64,000 nt of DNA, from assembly GCA_965222615.1 (NCBI GenBank), contig CBDCUI010000008.1, forward strand, positions 352,001 through 416,000, given 5' to 3'. A program made the position numbers and the translations under genes. The stretch's first letter is position 1, and every line of letters begins with the position of its first letter. Source of the stretch: Gammaproteobacteria bacterium (lineage in GTDB: Bacteria > Pseudomonadota > Gammaproteobacteria > UBA4575). Below, piece by piece: positions 50,983 through 60,971 of the stretch. Under the pieces are notes generated by a model. The model had not been told where the DNA came from and made no database searches. It worked only from the letters and a program-made list of their open reading frames with translations.

Positions 50983-52332
50983 TTATAAGTCAAAATCATC
51001 ATCATTATTATCGGCGGTGCAAGGACGTGCTTCGATCTTGTTATCGGTAGCATATTGCTCTGCACCCGCATCAATGATGGCTTGTGACAAGGGGACATCG
51101 CCCTCAATCCAATCCGATACGATGTTCCACTGACGTGCGCCGGCATCCCATTGCTGGAATTTCGCCAAGTGCCCGCCTACATGGTCCAAACAGGTTAGGT
51201 TGAGTTCTGGAACTAAGCCTGTGGCCCCCAGCTCTTCGATGCGCTTGGCATCTAAGCGTAGGTTCTCAAAGCCCCACCGAGCTTCGGCACTGGTCAAGGG
51301 TCGATTGCCAAAGCGCGCTTGCGCTATGCGCAACGCTTCGGTATGCACCACGCCAGCCAGTACGCCAAGGTTCCAATACACGGAGCCTAAGCGCGACTTG
51401 TCTTGTAAGTCGCCATTGCCTGAGCCGTATACCGTCTTGATGATTTCTTGTACTACGGCGAAGTCGGTGCCCGCGGGATGCGTGGTGATCGCTTGATAGC
51501 CATCCGCAGCTTTTCCGGCGGGGATCACGTCTTCATCGGAGTTACTCCAGATGTTGCCGATCAAGCGGCTTACTGGATAGCCTGTGCGTACCGCTGTCTG
51601 CATCGCTACGGGATTCATCACCCCCCAGCCTCGAAGCAGTACATAGTCTGGCTTGAGCTTGCGGATGTTTAACCATTGCGATTGTTGCTCGTTGCCGGGA
51701 TGCGGCACTTCTAAGGGATGATGGGTACAGCCGTGCTTCTCGCACATGCTGTCCATGAAGTCGATCGCTTCGCGTCCATACGGGGATCCGTGATACAGCA
51801 TCGCGATCTTCTTACCCTTTAAGTTTGCGCGTCCGCCTTCTAACACATCGCCTATGAAGTGCACCATGATGGAGTGCTCGTCATAGGTGTTGATGCCTGG
51901 CATAAAGTAGTACGGAAAGATGTCGCCGCGTTGGCCGGCCGTCTTGCCGTGGTTGACTGCAATAATCGGCATTTTGTCTTTGCGGCCCGTCTCGATCAGG
52001 GCTGTGGAGATTCCCACGGAGAGCGGATCGAAAAATACCGCGCCGCCTTCGCGATCTTTCAAGCGCTTGTAGCATTCTACGCCGCGCTCTACCGAATACT
52101 CGGTCTCACACTCTGACCAGATCAGCTTGATGCCGTTGACGCCACCATCGCGACTGTTGAGTAGATTGTAGTAGTCCAAGATGCCACCAAAATAACCCGT
52201 GCCGCCAGCCGCATAGGGCCCTACGCGATAACTCGGAATCGGGACGTACATGGTGTCTTCCGCCATCACGCTCGTGCTGGTGCCGAGCATCGCGATCGCG
52301 GTCATCAGGACCATCATTAGTTTCTTCTTCAT
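50983..52332 (-). CDS. Orphan ABC-type periplasmic solute-binding protein (LivJ/K-like PBP1 superfamily), high GC
   Basis: Signal peptide; YRVGPYA, GGVNG, ECETEY...GVECY.RLK, YG.E, PGNEQ.SQWL.IR, GWGVMN, C.DH.G. Confidence 0.88.
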   Translation of the reverse strand: MKKKLMMVLMTAIAMLGTSTSVMAEDTMYVPIPSYRVGPYAAGGTGYFGGILDYYNLLNSRDGGVNGIKLIWSECETEYSVERGVECYKRLKDREGGAVFFDPLSVGISTALIETGRKDKMPIIAVNHGKTAGQRGDIFPYYFMPGINTYDEHSIMVHFIGDVLEGGRANLKGKKIAMLYHGSPYGREAIDFMDSMCEKHGCTHHPLEVPHPGNEQQSQWLNIRKLKPDYVLLRGWGVMNPVAMQTAVRTGYPVSRLIGNIWSNSDEDVIPAGKAADGYQAITTHPAGTDFAVVQEIIKTVYGSGNGDLQDKSRLGSVYWNLGVLAGVVHTEALRIAQARFGNRPLTSAEARWGFENLRLDAKRIEELGATGLVPELNLTCLDHVGGHLAKFQQWDAGARQWNIVSDWIEGDVPLSQAIIDAGAEQYATDNKIEARPCTADNNDDDFDL

Positions 52333-52712
52333 GTGTGCTCCTCCTCTCCTAGATTTAGGAGGTCAAATAAACAACCACTAGATTAACAAGGGTTGAATTA
52401 TGTTTTGTGAAAATACTTTTCACATGGTTGAAAAGAAAATAACTTGAAAAAGTTATTGTTTCTTTATAGACCACATAGACTTAGACAAGTTTAAGTTTCT
52501 ATGCGTTGTGGTCAGTGTAGCGATAAAGAATAGGAATTCAAGGTAAAAGTTCAATTAAAAATACACGCAAATCTATATATAAGAATATATTTAAATACTA
52601 AATCATAGAGGTTTTTATGTAATGAACTAAAGTTTAGAGAAATAATATTACAAATAACATTAAGCATAATAATGAAAACGTAACACGACATTTGGAATAA
52701 AAAATGATGTTT

Positions 52713-53054
52713 TTAGGGAATGCACCGAAATACAGCAAAGGTTTGTTGGCCATTGTCGATTTTTGAAATTGCCGAAACTGTATCACCACCCATATTTACG
52801 GCGCTATTACGTGCCAAAATTTGTAGCTCTTTAGCAATTACCGTTTGTTGTCTAGGTACTGTGAGGATAGTTGATTTCACGCTTACCGTAGTGGCCCCAC
52901 GTTTTTTACAATTGGCCACTTCTCCTGAACTTAATACACGTGTTTTTTCTCCACCGTGAGTTAATTTAACGGTCGCACATGCTGTAAGCACTAGTAGTGT
53001 TGCAATAAGAAAGCTCGGAATAAAGATGAAATTTCTATTCATGGTAAGATCCAT
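52713..53054 (-). CDS. Small lipoprotein, DUF4156-like
   Basis: Lipobox LTAC, LT..G..R, C...G, ARN.A..MGGD, F.C. Confidence 0.75.
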   Translation of the reverse strand: MDLTMNRNFIFIPSFLIATLLVLTACATVKLTHGGEKTRVLSSGEVANCKKRGATTVSVKSTILTVPRQQTVIAKELQILARNSAVNMGGDTVSAISKIDNGQQTFAVFRCIP

Positions 53055-53160
53055 TCGTATGTTGCATAAATTTCTTCATGTAAATGTGTGTATGAACTTC
53101 GACAATATCAAATCAGTATATAGAATCTAATTTTGTGCATAAGTTGCATATAAAATTATC

Positions 53161-54873
53161 TCACATTGATAATTTTTTCTGCAAAAAACTTAATATATTA
53201 TTAAGAGGTATTTGTTGGGCTTGAGTGTTTTGGCGACCTTTATATTCGATTTCGCTATTTTTTAAACCACGCTCACTGATAACAATCCGATGTGGAATGC
53301 CGATAAGTTCATGATCGGCAAATAATAATCCTGCTCGTTGATCTCGATCATCAAATAAAGCTTCTATTCCCAAGTTACGTAGATCGGTATAGAGCTGCTC
53401 ACAGGTTGTACTCACTTGATCAGATTTTTTCAAGTTAATAGGAATAATAGAGATATCAAAAGGGGCTATGGATGAGGGCCAAATAATACCTTGTGCATCA
53501 AAGTTTTGCTCAATTGCCGCGGCAACTATACGGGTCACACCAATTCCGTAACAGCCCATCGTGATAATTTGTTCTTTGCCATCTGCTCTAAGGACATTGG
53601 CTTTAAGCGCTTTACTGTATTTGTCCCCTAGTTGAAAAATATGTCCTACTTCGATACCACGCTTAATCAAAATAGTACCATGACCATCAGGACTATTATC
53701 GCCTTCAACAATTTTGCGTATATCCACACTCTGCAATTCCTTAGATACGTCTCTTTCCCAGTTAACTCCTTGGTAATGAAAACCATCTTGGTTAGCACCA
53801 CAGATGAAATTGGATAGGGCTAACGCAGCGTGATCGATAAAGATTGGGCAATTTAACTGTAGTGGACCAATGGAGCCTATTTTACAGTTCAGTGATTTTT
53901 CAATATCACTTTCACTGGCAAATTCTAACGGGCTTGCTACACCTTGTAGCTTTTGTGCCTTAACCGCATTGAGTTCGTGGTCTCCACGCACTACTAATGC
54001 TACTAATGAATTGAGATCGCCTTTGACGATCAAGGTCTTAACGGTTTGTTGCGGAGCAACACTTAAAAACTTGGCGACATCTTCTATGGTGTGTTGATTA
54101 GGTGTGGCAACCTTTTGCAAAGTTTGTGTTGGAATTGCGTTAGCTTGTTCTATAGGAAAGGTCGGTGCAAGTTCTACATTAGCCGCGTAATTTCCACCTG
54201 ATGAGAAGGCAATTGCATCTTCACCAGATTCTGCCAATACATGAAATTCGTGAGAGGTATTTCCGCCTATACTACCTGTGTCGGCCTCAACGGCACGAAA
54301 CTCTAATCCTAGTTTATTGAATATATTGCTATAGGTGTCATACATTATTTGATAAGTTTTTTCTAGTGACTTTTTATTCGTATGAAAAGAGTAAGCATCT
54401 TTCATGCTGAATTCGCGTGCACGCATTACTCCAAAACGTGGCCGTATTTCGTCACGAAATTTAGTCTGAATTTGATAAAAGTTGATGGGTAATTGTTTAT
54501 AGCTACGGATTTCGCGACGAACAAGGTCAGTGATAACTTCTTCATGAGTGGGGCCATAGCAAAATTCCCTTTTATGTCGATCGTGGATTCTTAGTAATTC
54601 AGGTCCATATTGATCCCAACGTTCCGATTCTTGCCATAGCTCTGCAGGTTGAATGGAAGGCATCAACACCTCTATTGCGCCCGATTTATCCATTTCCTCA
54701 CGAATGATATTTTCTACCTTACGCAACACACGTAATCCTAAGGGTAACCAGGTGTAAAGGCCTGCTGCGAGTCGACGAATCATTCCGGCACGTATCATCA
54801 ATTGATGACTAATGACCTCAGCGTCTGCGGGAGCTTCTTTAAGAGTAAATAATGGAAATTGACTTACACGCAT
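53161..54873 (-). CDS. proS: Proline--tRNA ligase
   Basis: [31 protein letters not shown], editing insert, [17 protein letters not shown]. Confidence 0.98.
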   Translation of the reverse strand: MRVSQFPLFTLKEAPADAEVISHQLMIRAGMIRRLAAGLYTWLPLGLRVLRKVENIIREEMDKSGAIEVLMPSIQPAELWQESERWDQYGPELLRIHDRHKREFCYGPTHEEVITDLVRREIRSYKQLPINFYQIQTKFRDEIRPRFGVMRAREFSMKDAYSFHTNKKSLEKTYQIMYDTYSNIFNKLGLEFRAVEADTGSIGGNTSHEFHVLAESGEDAIAFSSGGNYAANVELAPTFPIEQANAIPTQTLQKVATPNQHTIEDVAKFLSVAPQQTVKTLIVKGDLNSLVALVVRGDHELNAVKAQKLQGVASPLEFASESDIEKSLNCKIGSIGPLQLNCPIFIDHAALALSNFICGANQDGFHYQGVNWERDVSKELQSVDIRKIVEGDNSPDGHGTILIKRGIEVGHIFQLGDKYSKALKANVLRADGKEQIITMGCYGIGVTRIVAAAIEQNFDAQGIIWPSSIAPFDISIIPINLKKSDQVSTTCEQLYTDLRNLGIEALFDDRDQRAGLLFADHELIGIPHRIVISERGLKNSEIEYKGRQNTQAQQIPLNNILSFLQKKLSM

Positions 54874-55047
54874 TTTAATTTTGTGATTTAAGCGTATCTT
54901 GCTTATGTAGTGTTATCTGAAGTGATTTAAGTAGTGATAGCTTTTAAACACAACAAGAATATATATTCTTGTTATGGTGTAGAGGAGTAGGAATATAAGC
55001 TGCCAAGTTGAGTCTTGGCAAGTGTAACTTATGAGTAGATTATTAAA

Positions 55048-55502
55048 TTAACCCTGGCAGAACTCATCGATTTGAGCTTGGGTTTCTTGTATTTTGCCTT
55101 GGCGTTCTTCTTCAGTCAGTTTACGATAAATATCGCCCTCTTTACAGTGACTTGGCCGCGGCTAGTTAAGGAGCGCATATTATTTTCAGCGATCTTGCAG
55201 TTTTCTTGTTTAATTCGATTGCTTTCTTCCAGAACTTCTTTCTCTTGCTGTTTTTGCAGGCGTTCTTGGCGGCGTTCTTCGAAGGTACTGCTCGAAGTAG
55301 GAGAACTCGATTTGGCTTTGGCTACTGCAGTTGATTTGCCGATATTTTCTTCAACGATGATCTCAAATTTAACTCCGGGTGGTGGAGGCGTCTGGCTATA
55401 AATGGTTCTTCCGTCTTCGTCCCATTTATAGACGGAACCGGCATTAACAACCAAGCAGATTGCCAGTGTCAAAGAAGTAACTATGAGTGTTTTTGTAATC
55501 AT
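55048..55502 (-). CDS. DUF4124-domain exported protein; apparent 1-nt deletion at ~55141-55143 truncates it to 55116
   Basis: Signal peptide, VYKW.EDG...YSQ.PP. Restoring one A gives VKEGDIYRKLTEEERQGKIQETQAQIDEFCQG-stop. Confidence 0.8.
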
Positions 55503-55774
55503 GATTTTAAAAATAAACGCAAGATAATCGCTCTAAATTAATGCTCTAGTTTAGCAAAAATACAGGCATAGCATGACTAAAATCTTGATATTGAAAGACC
55601 GGACGGGCGGTTTCTAGTGACGAAATTTAGCTCTTCAGCCTTGGCGCTATTTACAGGTCAAGAGTTTATTTGGGATTCGTCACATAAATTTAGCTGAAAA
55701 CATACCCATAAGTTAACTATTGAAGTGCTATACTAATCCATAAATTTTATGAATGGGCTTCCCTAGTAGCGAAT

Positions 55775-56668
55775 ATGGCAGACCGACGTTTACAGGTTTT
55801 CTACACCGTAGCCAAGTTACTTAGCTTCACCAAGGCTGCTGAGACATTGCATATGACCCAGCCAGCGGTGACTTTTCAAGTACGACAGCTTGAAGAGCAC
55901 TTTAATACACGCCTATTTGATCGTACCCATAACCGCGTCACCCTTACTGAAGCAGGACGCAAATCCTACGAGTATGCTGAAGAAATCTTCGAGCTGTATG
56001 CGGAAATGGAAAATTCCGTTAAAGAACTTACTGGTGATGTAAGTGGAGCATTGACGTTGGGTGCCAGTACTACTATTGCTGAGTATATGTTGCCGAGTCT
56101 TTTAAGCGGCTTCACAAAAAAATATCCAGATATTCAACTGCGACTGAAGGTTTCTAATACGGAAGGCATCGTGTCGATGGTCGAAAATAGCATGATCGAT
56201 TTGGGCATTGTTGAAGGTCCAGTTACCAATAAGAACCTACTCGTGGAAGTTTGTCATATAGACCATTTATTAGTTATTGTTCCAACTGATCATGAGCTCT
56301 CTAAAAGAAAATCAATTTCTATGGAAAAGCTTATGCATTTCCCATTTATATGTCGCGAGGAAGGATCAGGTACTCGAGAGGTAATTATGGAATACATGAC
56401 TGAAATGGGCTTGGACAAAAATAACTTAAATGTATGTTTAGAACTTGGTAGTCCAGAATCAATTAAAGGTGCAGTTGAGGCAGGCATGGGTGTCTCGATC
56501 GTATCAAGATCCACAATTGAAAAAGAGCTTAAATTGAATAGTTTGTGCCAACTCGATCTTGATCCGCCATTAGAAAGGCATTTTTCGTTTGTTCGACAAC
56601 GGCAAAAATTTCGATTGAATGCGATGGAAGAATTACTTGAGTACGCACGTGGCTATTGTAGTCGATAA
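55775..56668 (+). CDS. LysR-family transcriptional regulator (CysL-like subgroup)
   Basis: SFTKAAE.LHMTQPAVTFQVRQLE, GASTTIAEY, REEGSGTR. Confidence 0.92.
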   Translation: MADRRLQVFYTVAKLLSFTKAAETLHMTQPAVTFQVRQLEEHFNTRLFDRTHNRVTLTEAGRKSYEYAEEIFELYAEMENSVKELTGDVSGALTLGASTTIAEYMLPSLLSGFTKKYPDIQLRLKVSNTEGIVSMVENSMIDLGIVEGPVTNKNLLVEVCHIDHLLVIVPTDHELSKRKSISMEKLMHFPFICREEGSGTREVIMEYMTEMGLDKNNLNVCLELGSPESIKGAVEAGMGVSIVSRSTIEKELKLNSLCQLDLDPPLERHFSFVRQRQKFRLNAMEELLEYARGYCSR

Positions 56669-56835
56669 TATTAGTACTGCTTAAAGTGTTGGTTTCGTTT
56701 TTAGAGCGTTTGCTCCCTAATTAAATCGAAGTTTGTTGAGTATTGTCCTGTTATTTGGATTAACAACTCATTTGAATTCGGTGTGTCGATAGTACCTGCC
56801 TTAAACTTTACGAATTCTTAGTATCGTATTAACAC

Positions 56836-57933
56836 ATGATTAAGTATATTAAAAACTGGTATCAGGATCATTTTTCAGATCCGCAAGTTGTCATACTTGC
56901 ACTGTTTTTAATTATTGGTTTTGCAGTAGTGTTATTGGCAGGAGATATTTTAGCTCCTGTGTTAGCAAGCATAGTCATTGCATATGTTTTAGATGGTGGG
57001 GTAGAAGTTTTAAGGCGTAGCAAAATACCTAGATTTTTGGCATTGATTATAGTATTTGCTGCATTTATGGCATTGTTGTTGCTAATTTTATTTGGATTAA
57101 TTCCTAAATTATCACAACAATTTACCCAATTTTTGCGTGAGTTACCAAACATGATTACGCACGGTCAAACTATACTGATGCAGCTGCCGGATAAGTACCC
57201 AAGTCTTACTCAGATATTTACTGAGGAACAAATTAAAGAATTTATTTGGTCTATTCGCTCGCAGTTAATTTCAGCAGGTCATAATTTTATTAGCCAACCT
57301 TTGGAATCTGTAGTAGGGCTTATTAGCATTATGGTTTATCTCATACTCGTGCCATTGCTTGTATTCTTTTTCTTAAAAGACAAACAGAAAATTTTGCACT
57401 GGTTTGAAGGATTTCTTCCTGAAAATCGCGAACTTACTAATGAAGTTTGGTTTGAGGTAAATCAGAAAATTGCTAGTTATATACGTGGTAAGTTTTTAGA
57501 GATCTTTGTAGTTTGGTCAATAACCTATGTAACATTTTTATTTTTTGATTTAGATTATGCAATGCTACTTTCGTTTTTGGTAGGAATCTCAGTAATAATT
57601 CCCTATGTAGGCGCTGCTGTTGTGACATTACCTATAGCTTTTGTGGCTTATTTTCAGTGGGGTTTCGGATCACAGTTTGCATATGTGCTGATTGCATATG
57701 CCGTAATCCAATTTTTAGATGGGAATATCTTGGTACCCCTACTATTTTCTGAAGTAGTAAGCTTACACCCAGTCGCGATTATTGCTGCAGTCTTAATCTT
57801 TGGCGGTATTTGGGGTGTTTGGGGCGTGTTTTTTGCGATTCCACTTGCGACATTAGTAAATGCCGTAATCAAGGCCTGGCCAAGTAGAGATGCAAAAGAG
57901 GTGGCACAAGCTACATCTGCATCTGACTCATAA
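56836..57933 (+). CDS. AI-2E / PerM family transporter
   Basis: Multi-TM; FFFLKD, YIRGK, IPYVG, Q.LDGN...P.LF, LHP, WG..G.FFAIPLA. Confidence 0.9.
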   Translation: MIKYIKNWYQDHFSDPQVVILALFLIIGFAVVLLAGDILAPVLASIVIAYVLDGGVEVLRRSKIPRFLALIIVFAAFMALLLLILFGLIPKLSQQFTQFLRELPNMITHGQTILMQLPDKYPSLTQIFTEEQIKEFIWSIRSQLISAGHNFISQPLESVVGLISIMVYLILVPLLVFFFLKDKQKILHWFEGFLPENRELTNEVWFEVNQKIASYIRGKFLEIFVVWSITYVTFLFFDLDYAMLLSFLVGISVIIPYVGAAVVTLPIAFVAYFQWGFGSQFAYVLIAYAVIQFLDGNILVPLLFSEVVSLHPVAIIAAVLIFGGIWGVWGVFFAIPLATLVNAVIKAWPSRDAKEVAQATSASDS

Positions 57934-58410
57934 GGATTTGACGGTAGCTAGCACTTCCTCGACATGTCCTTTTACTTTAACTTTTCTCCACTCATGTTTT
58001 AGTACGCCTTTATCATTTATTACGAAGGTACTTCTTTCAATGCCGCGAGCTTTTTTGCCATACATATTTTTCATTTTTATAACATCAAATAACTTACATA
58101 ATTTTTCATCTGGGTCGGAAATTAGTTCAAACTGGAATTTGTGTTTTTCCTTAAAATTTTGATGTGATTTTAGAGAATCTCTTGATATTCCGAAAATCAC
58201 CGTACCCGCACGTTTAAATTTAGTGTGCTGATCACGGAAGTCTTGGCCTTCAGTAGTACAGCCAGGCGTGTTGTCTTTGGGATAAAAGTATAAAACTACC
58301 TTTTTGCCTTGAAGATTAGAAAATTTGATGATCTGGTCAGGGGTAGCTACGCATTGGAAGGCAGGTACTTTTTTATTTAAAGTTGCAATTTTAGTTTTAC
58401 GGTTAGCCAT
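57928..58410 (-). CDS. bcp: Peroxiredoxin Bcp/PrxQ
   Basis: LYFYPKDNTPGCTTE, ERSTF, GH..EVL; AGGA RBS favours the ATG at 58410. Confidence 0.92.
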   Translation of the reverse strand: MANRKTKIATLNKKVPAFQCVATPDQIIKFSNLQGKKVVLYFYPKDNTPGCTTEGQDFRDQHTKFKRAGTVIFGISRDSLKSHQNFKEKHKFQFELISDPDEKLCKLFDVIKMKNMYGKKARGIERSTFVINDKGVLKHEWRKVKVKGHVEEVLATVKSL

Positions 58411-58496
58411 TCTTATTCCTCGGTTTGCTTGTAATGCCATGATTTCATTTGTAATATCGCGAGCTTCTTGGTTCAACAGTCCGTTTGAGGTAGTCG

Positions 58497-59372
58497 GTGT
58501 TTAAAGGAAGCATGGTTGCCATTGCAACGCCTATGCAGCTAGGTGGGGCAGTCGATTACGACTGTCTGGCAAAATATATTGAGTTTCATATTGAAAATGA
58601 ATCTGATGCCTTGGTACCGGCAGGTACTACGGGTGAATCGGCTACTCTTGATCACCAAGAACATTGTGAGGTTATTCGTTTCGTAGTCGAACAGGTGAAA
58701 GGACGTATTCCCGTAATCGCGGGTACTGGCGCCAATTCTACACATGAAGCGATTGAGCTCACTCAATGTGCAAAAGATGCAGGTGCTGACGCCTGTTTAT
58801 TAGTGACGCCTTATTATAATAAACCTACTCAAGAGGGATTAGTGCTGCACCACCAAGCCATTGCTGAAGCAGTAGCGATTCCGCAGATACTTTATAATGT
58901 CCCAGGACGTACAGCTTGCGATATGTTGCCAGAAACTGTGATTCGGCTTTCGCAAATTGATAATATCATTGGTGTAAAAGAAGCCACGGGTGAAATTAGT
59001 CGTTGTGAAAAAATTCTTGCAGCGAGCAAAGGAGATTTTTTGCTGATAAGTGGTGATGATGCAACTGCTATGGATTTTCTATTTGCAGGGGGGCATGGTG
59101 TTATAACTGTCACCGGTAATGTTGCTCCAAAGCTATTTCATGATCTATGTATGGCGTGTCTGGATGGTGATCGTACTAAAGCGCAACAAATCAATGCTAA
59201 GCTGGAACGCTTGAATAAAGACTTGTTTTTGGAGTCCAATCCTATTCCTGTTAAGTGGTGTTTATCTGAAATGGGCTTATTTCCGGAAGGTATCCGTTTG
59301 CCAATGACGCGACTATCTAGTACTTATCATCCTACTTTGCGCGAAGCCTTACGAATTGCAGGCAGCATTTGA
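58497..59372 (+). CDS. dapA: 4-hydroxy-tetrahydrodipicolinate synthase
   Basis: GTTGES, PYYNKP, LYNVPGRT, GVKEA, SGDD, NPIPVK. Confidence 0.98.
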   Translation: MFKGSMVAIATPMQLGGAVDYDCLAKYIEFHIENESDALVPAGTTGESATLDHQEHCEVIRFVVEQVKGRIPVIAGTGANSTHEAIELTQCAKDAGADACLLVTPYYNKPTQEGLVLHHQAIAEAVAIPQILYNVPGRTACDMLPETVIRLSQIDNIIGVKEATGEISRCEKILAASKGDFLLISGDDATAMDFLFAGGHGVITVTGNVAPKLFHDLCMACLDGDRTKAQQINAKLERLNKDLFLESNPIPVKWCLSEMGLFPEGIRLPMTRLSSTYHPTLREALRIAGSI

Positions 59373-59389
59373 TCAAAATTTATCTATAG

Positions 59390-60448
59390 ATGAATATACA
59401 AGTACTCAATTTACGCTCTTGGTTAGTAATAATTTTAGGTATGTTAGTACTAAATGGCTGTGGATTTTTTAAAGGTAGAGACTATGCCGATAGTGGTAGT
59501 ACCAACCCACTTGAGGCTCCTCCTGATTTAGTAACCCCAGAATGGGAAGATAGTCTCAAAATTCCAAAAACTGCAAATGATCGCGTCAGTGCATTAGAAT
59601 CCAATAGTCCTGCTCTAGGCGCGGCTGTTTTACCAGAGTTTCTCGATATACGTGTGCGACGCGAAGGGCCAACACATTGGCTGGAAGTAGATACGGATCC
59701 CGTTACCTTATGGCCATTGTTGCGAAATTTTCTTCAAAAAGAAGAATTTCAAATTGCAGCAGATGAACCTGTATTAGGATATATAGAAACGGAATGGAAA
59801 CAAAATATGGTTCGTTCTAATGATGCGAATTCGCAACAAGAAAGCTTTGATGTTACTGGAGAAAAATTTCGTATTCGACTTGAACGCCAACCTAATGCCG
59901 TTACTAATATATTTTTAACGCAACGTGGTGCCGAAGTTGCCGCAATTAATAAAGATAATCAAATCTTATGGAAGCCACAGCCTCCAAATGGTGAACGTGA
60001 AGCAGAAATGGCAATTCGATTGATGGAGTTTTTAGGTACTTCCAGAGAGGATGCCCAACATAAATTCGCTAGCGCAGAATCGCAATTTTTGTTTTTAGAT
60101 ATCAGGGATGTTGGTGGTGTTCCTGTTTTGTTAGTAGGTGATGAATTTTCTAGGGTTTGGCGCAGGACAGGAGTGGCCTTGGATCGTTCTGGCTTATTAG
60201 TAGAAAAGCATAATCGCAACAAGGGTGTGTACTATGTGTCATTGGATCTTGCACCTACTGAAGTGAGTGCTGAGAAAGTTACTGCAGAAAAAACTTATTA
60301 TGAGATTCATTTGCTGGGCCAAGGTAAGCAAACGGTTATCACCGCACATGAAGCAGATGAAGGCGTAAGTGTAATTAAACCCGAAAAGGCTCGTGAATTA
60401 TTGCAGAGGATTGTGGCGGCGTATCCGGGTAGTTACCCTAACGCATAG
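59390..60448 (+). CDS. bamC: Outer membrane assembly lipoprotein BamC (NlpB/DapX)
   Basis: Lipobox LNGC, LE.PPDL, ETEW, WRR.G.ALDR.G; follows dapA. Confidence 0.85.
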   Translation: MNIQVLNLRSWLVIILGMLVLNGCGFFKGRDYADSGSTNPLEAPPDLVTPEWEDSLKIPKTANDRVSALESNSPALGAAVLPEFLDIRVRREGPTHWLEVDTDPVTLWPLLRNFLQKEEFQIAADEPVLGYIETEWKQNMVRSNDANSQQESFDVTGEKFRIRLERQPNAVTNIFLTQRGAEVAAINKDNQILWKPQPPNGEREAEMAIRLMEFLGTSREDAQHKFASAESQFLFLDIRDVGGVPVLLVGDEFSRVWRRTGVALDRSGLLVEKHNRNKGVYYVSLDLAPTEVSAEKVTAEKTYYEIHLLGQGKQTVITAHEADEGVSVIKPEKARELLQRIVAAYPGSYPNA

Positions 60449-60614
60449 AGGAAGCTCTGATTTATGGCAATTTTAAAATAATTTAGTATCTTTTCGCTCT
60501 CTCTCAAATTAAATTTACTTTTTTTGAACAGCTCTTTCTTGAGAGTGCTGCTGAAAGCAGTCATTTAAATTATTTCTAATCATTAATCAAAACCACCTCT
60601 TGGATTCCCCATTA

Positions 60615-60913
60615 TTTGCTTGACGAGCAAACAGATAAGGCTGCTGACAAATGAACAAGGAGGTTCATTTGAGGCATGTTGAGCATGGATGCGAATTATG
60701 CCGACAGCATAGTCGTTCTGCGCAGCGAGTGAATCCCCGTTCGGTAGATAAGGGGACAAGTAAATTTGGGTGTCTTTTCTTTTGGTTCCCCTAGTTCATT
60801 TAATTAAGGCTTTGGACAAGCAAAGACAAAATCGTCTGGAACGATTTTGAACATCGTCATTTCATGACGATGGCCCGAAGGGCAAAATACAGGGAGTATT
60901 TTGTAAAATGAAC
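60615..60913 (+). other. Densely structured intergenic element with several GGA-loop hairpins (candidate Csr/Rsm-type sRNA or repeat element)
   Basis: Stems at 60648-60671, 60683-60692, 60827-60849, 60852-60872, 60873-60883 and 60883-60903. Confidence 0.5.
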
Positions 60914-60971
60914 AAACTAACTTAATACAAATTATTAATGAGCTGAACGTGCACTTCTTGCCGAAGTATAA

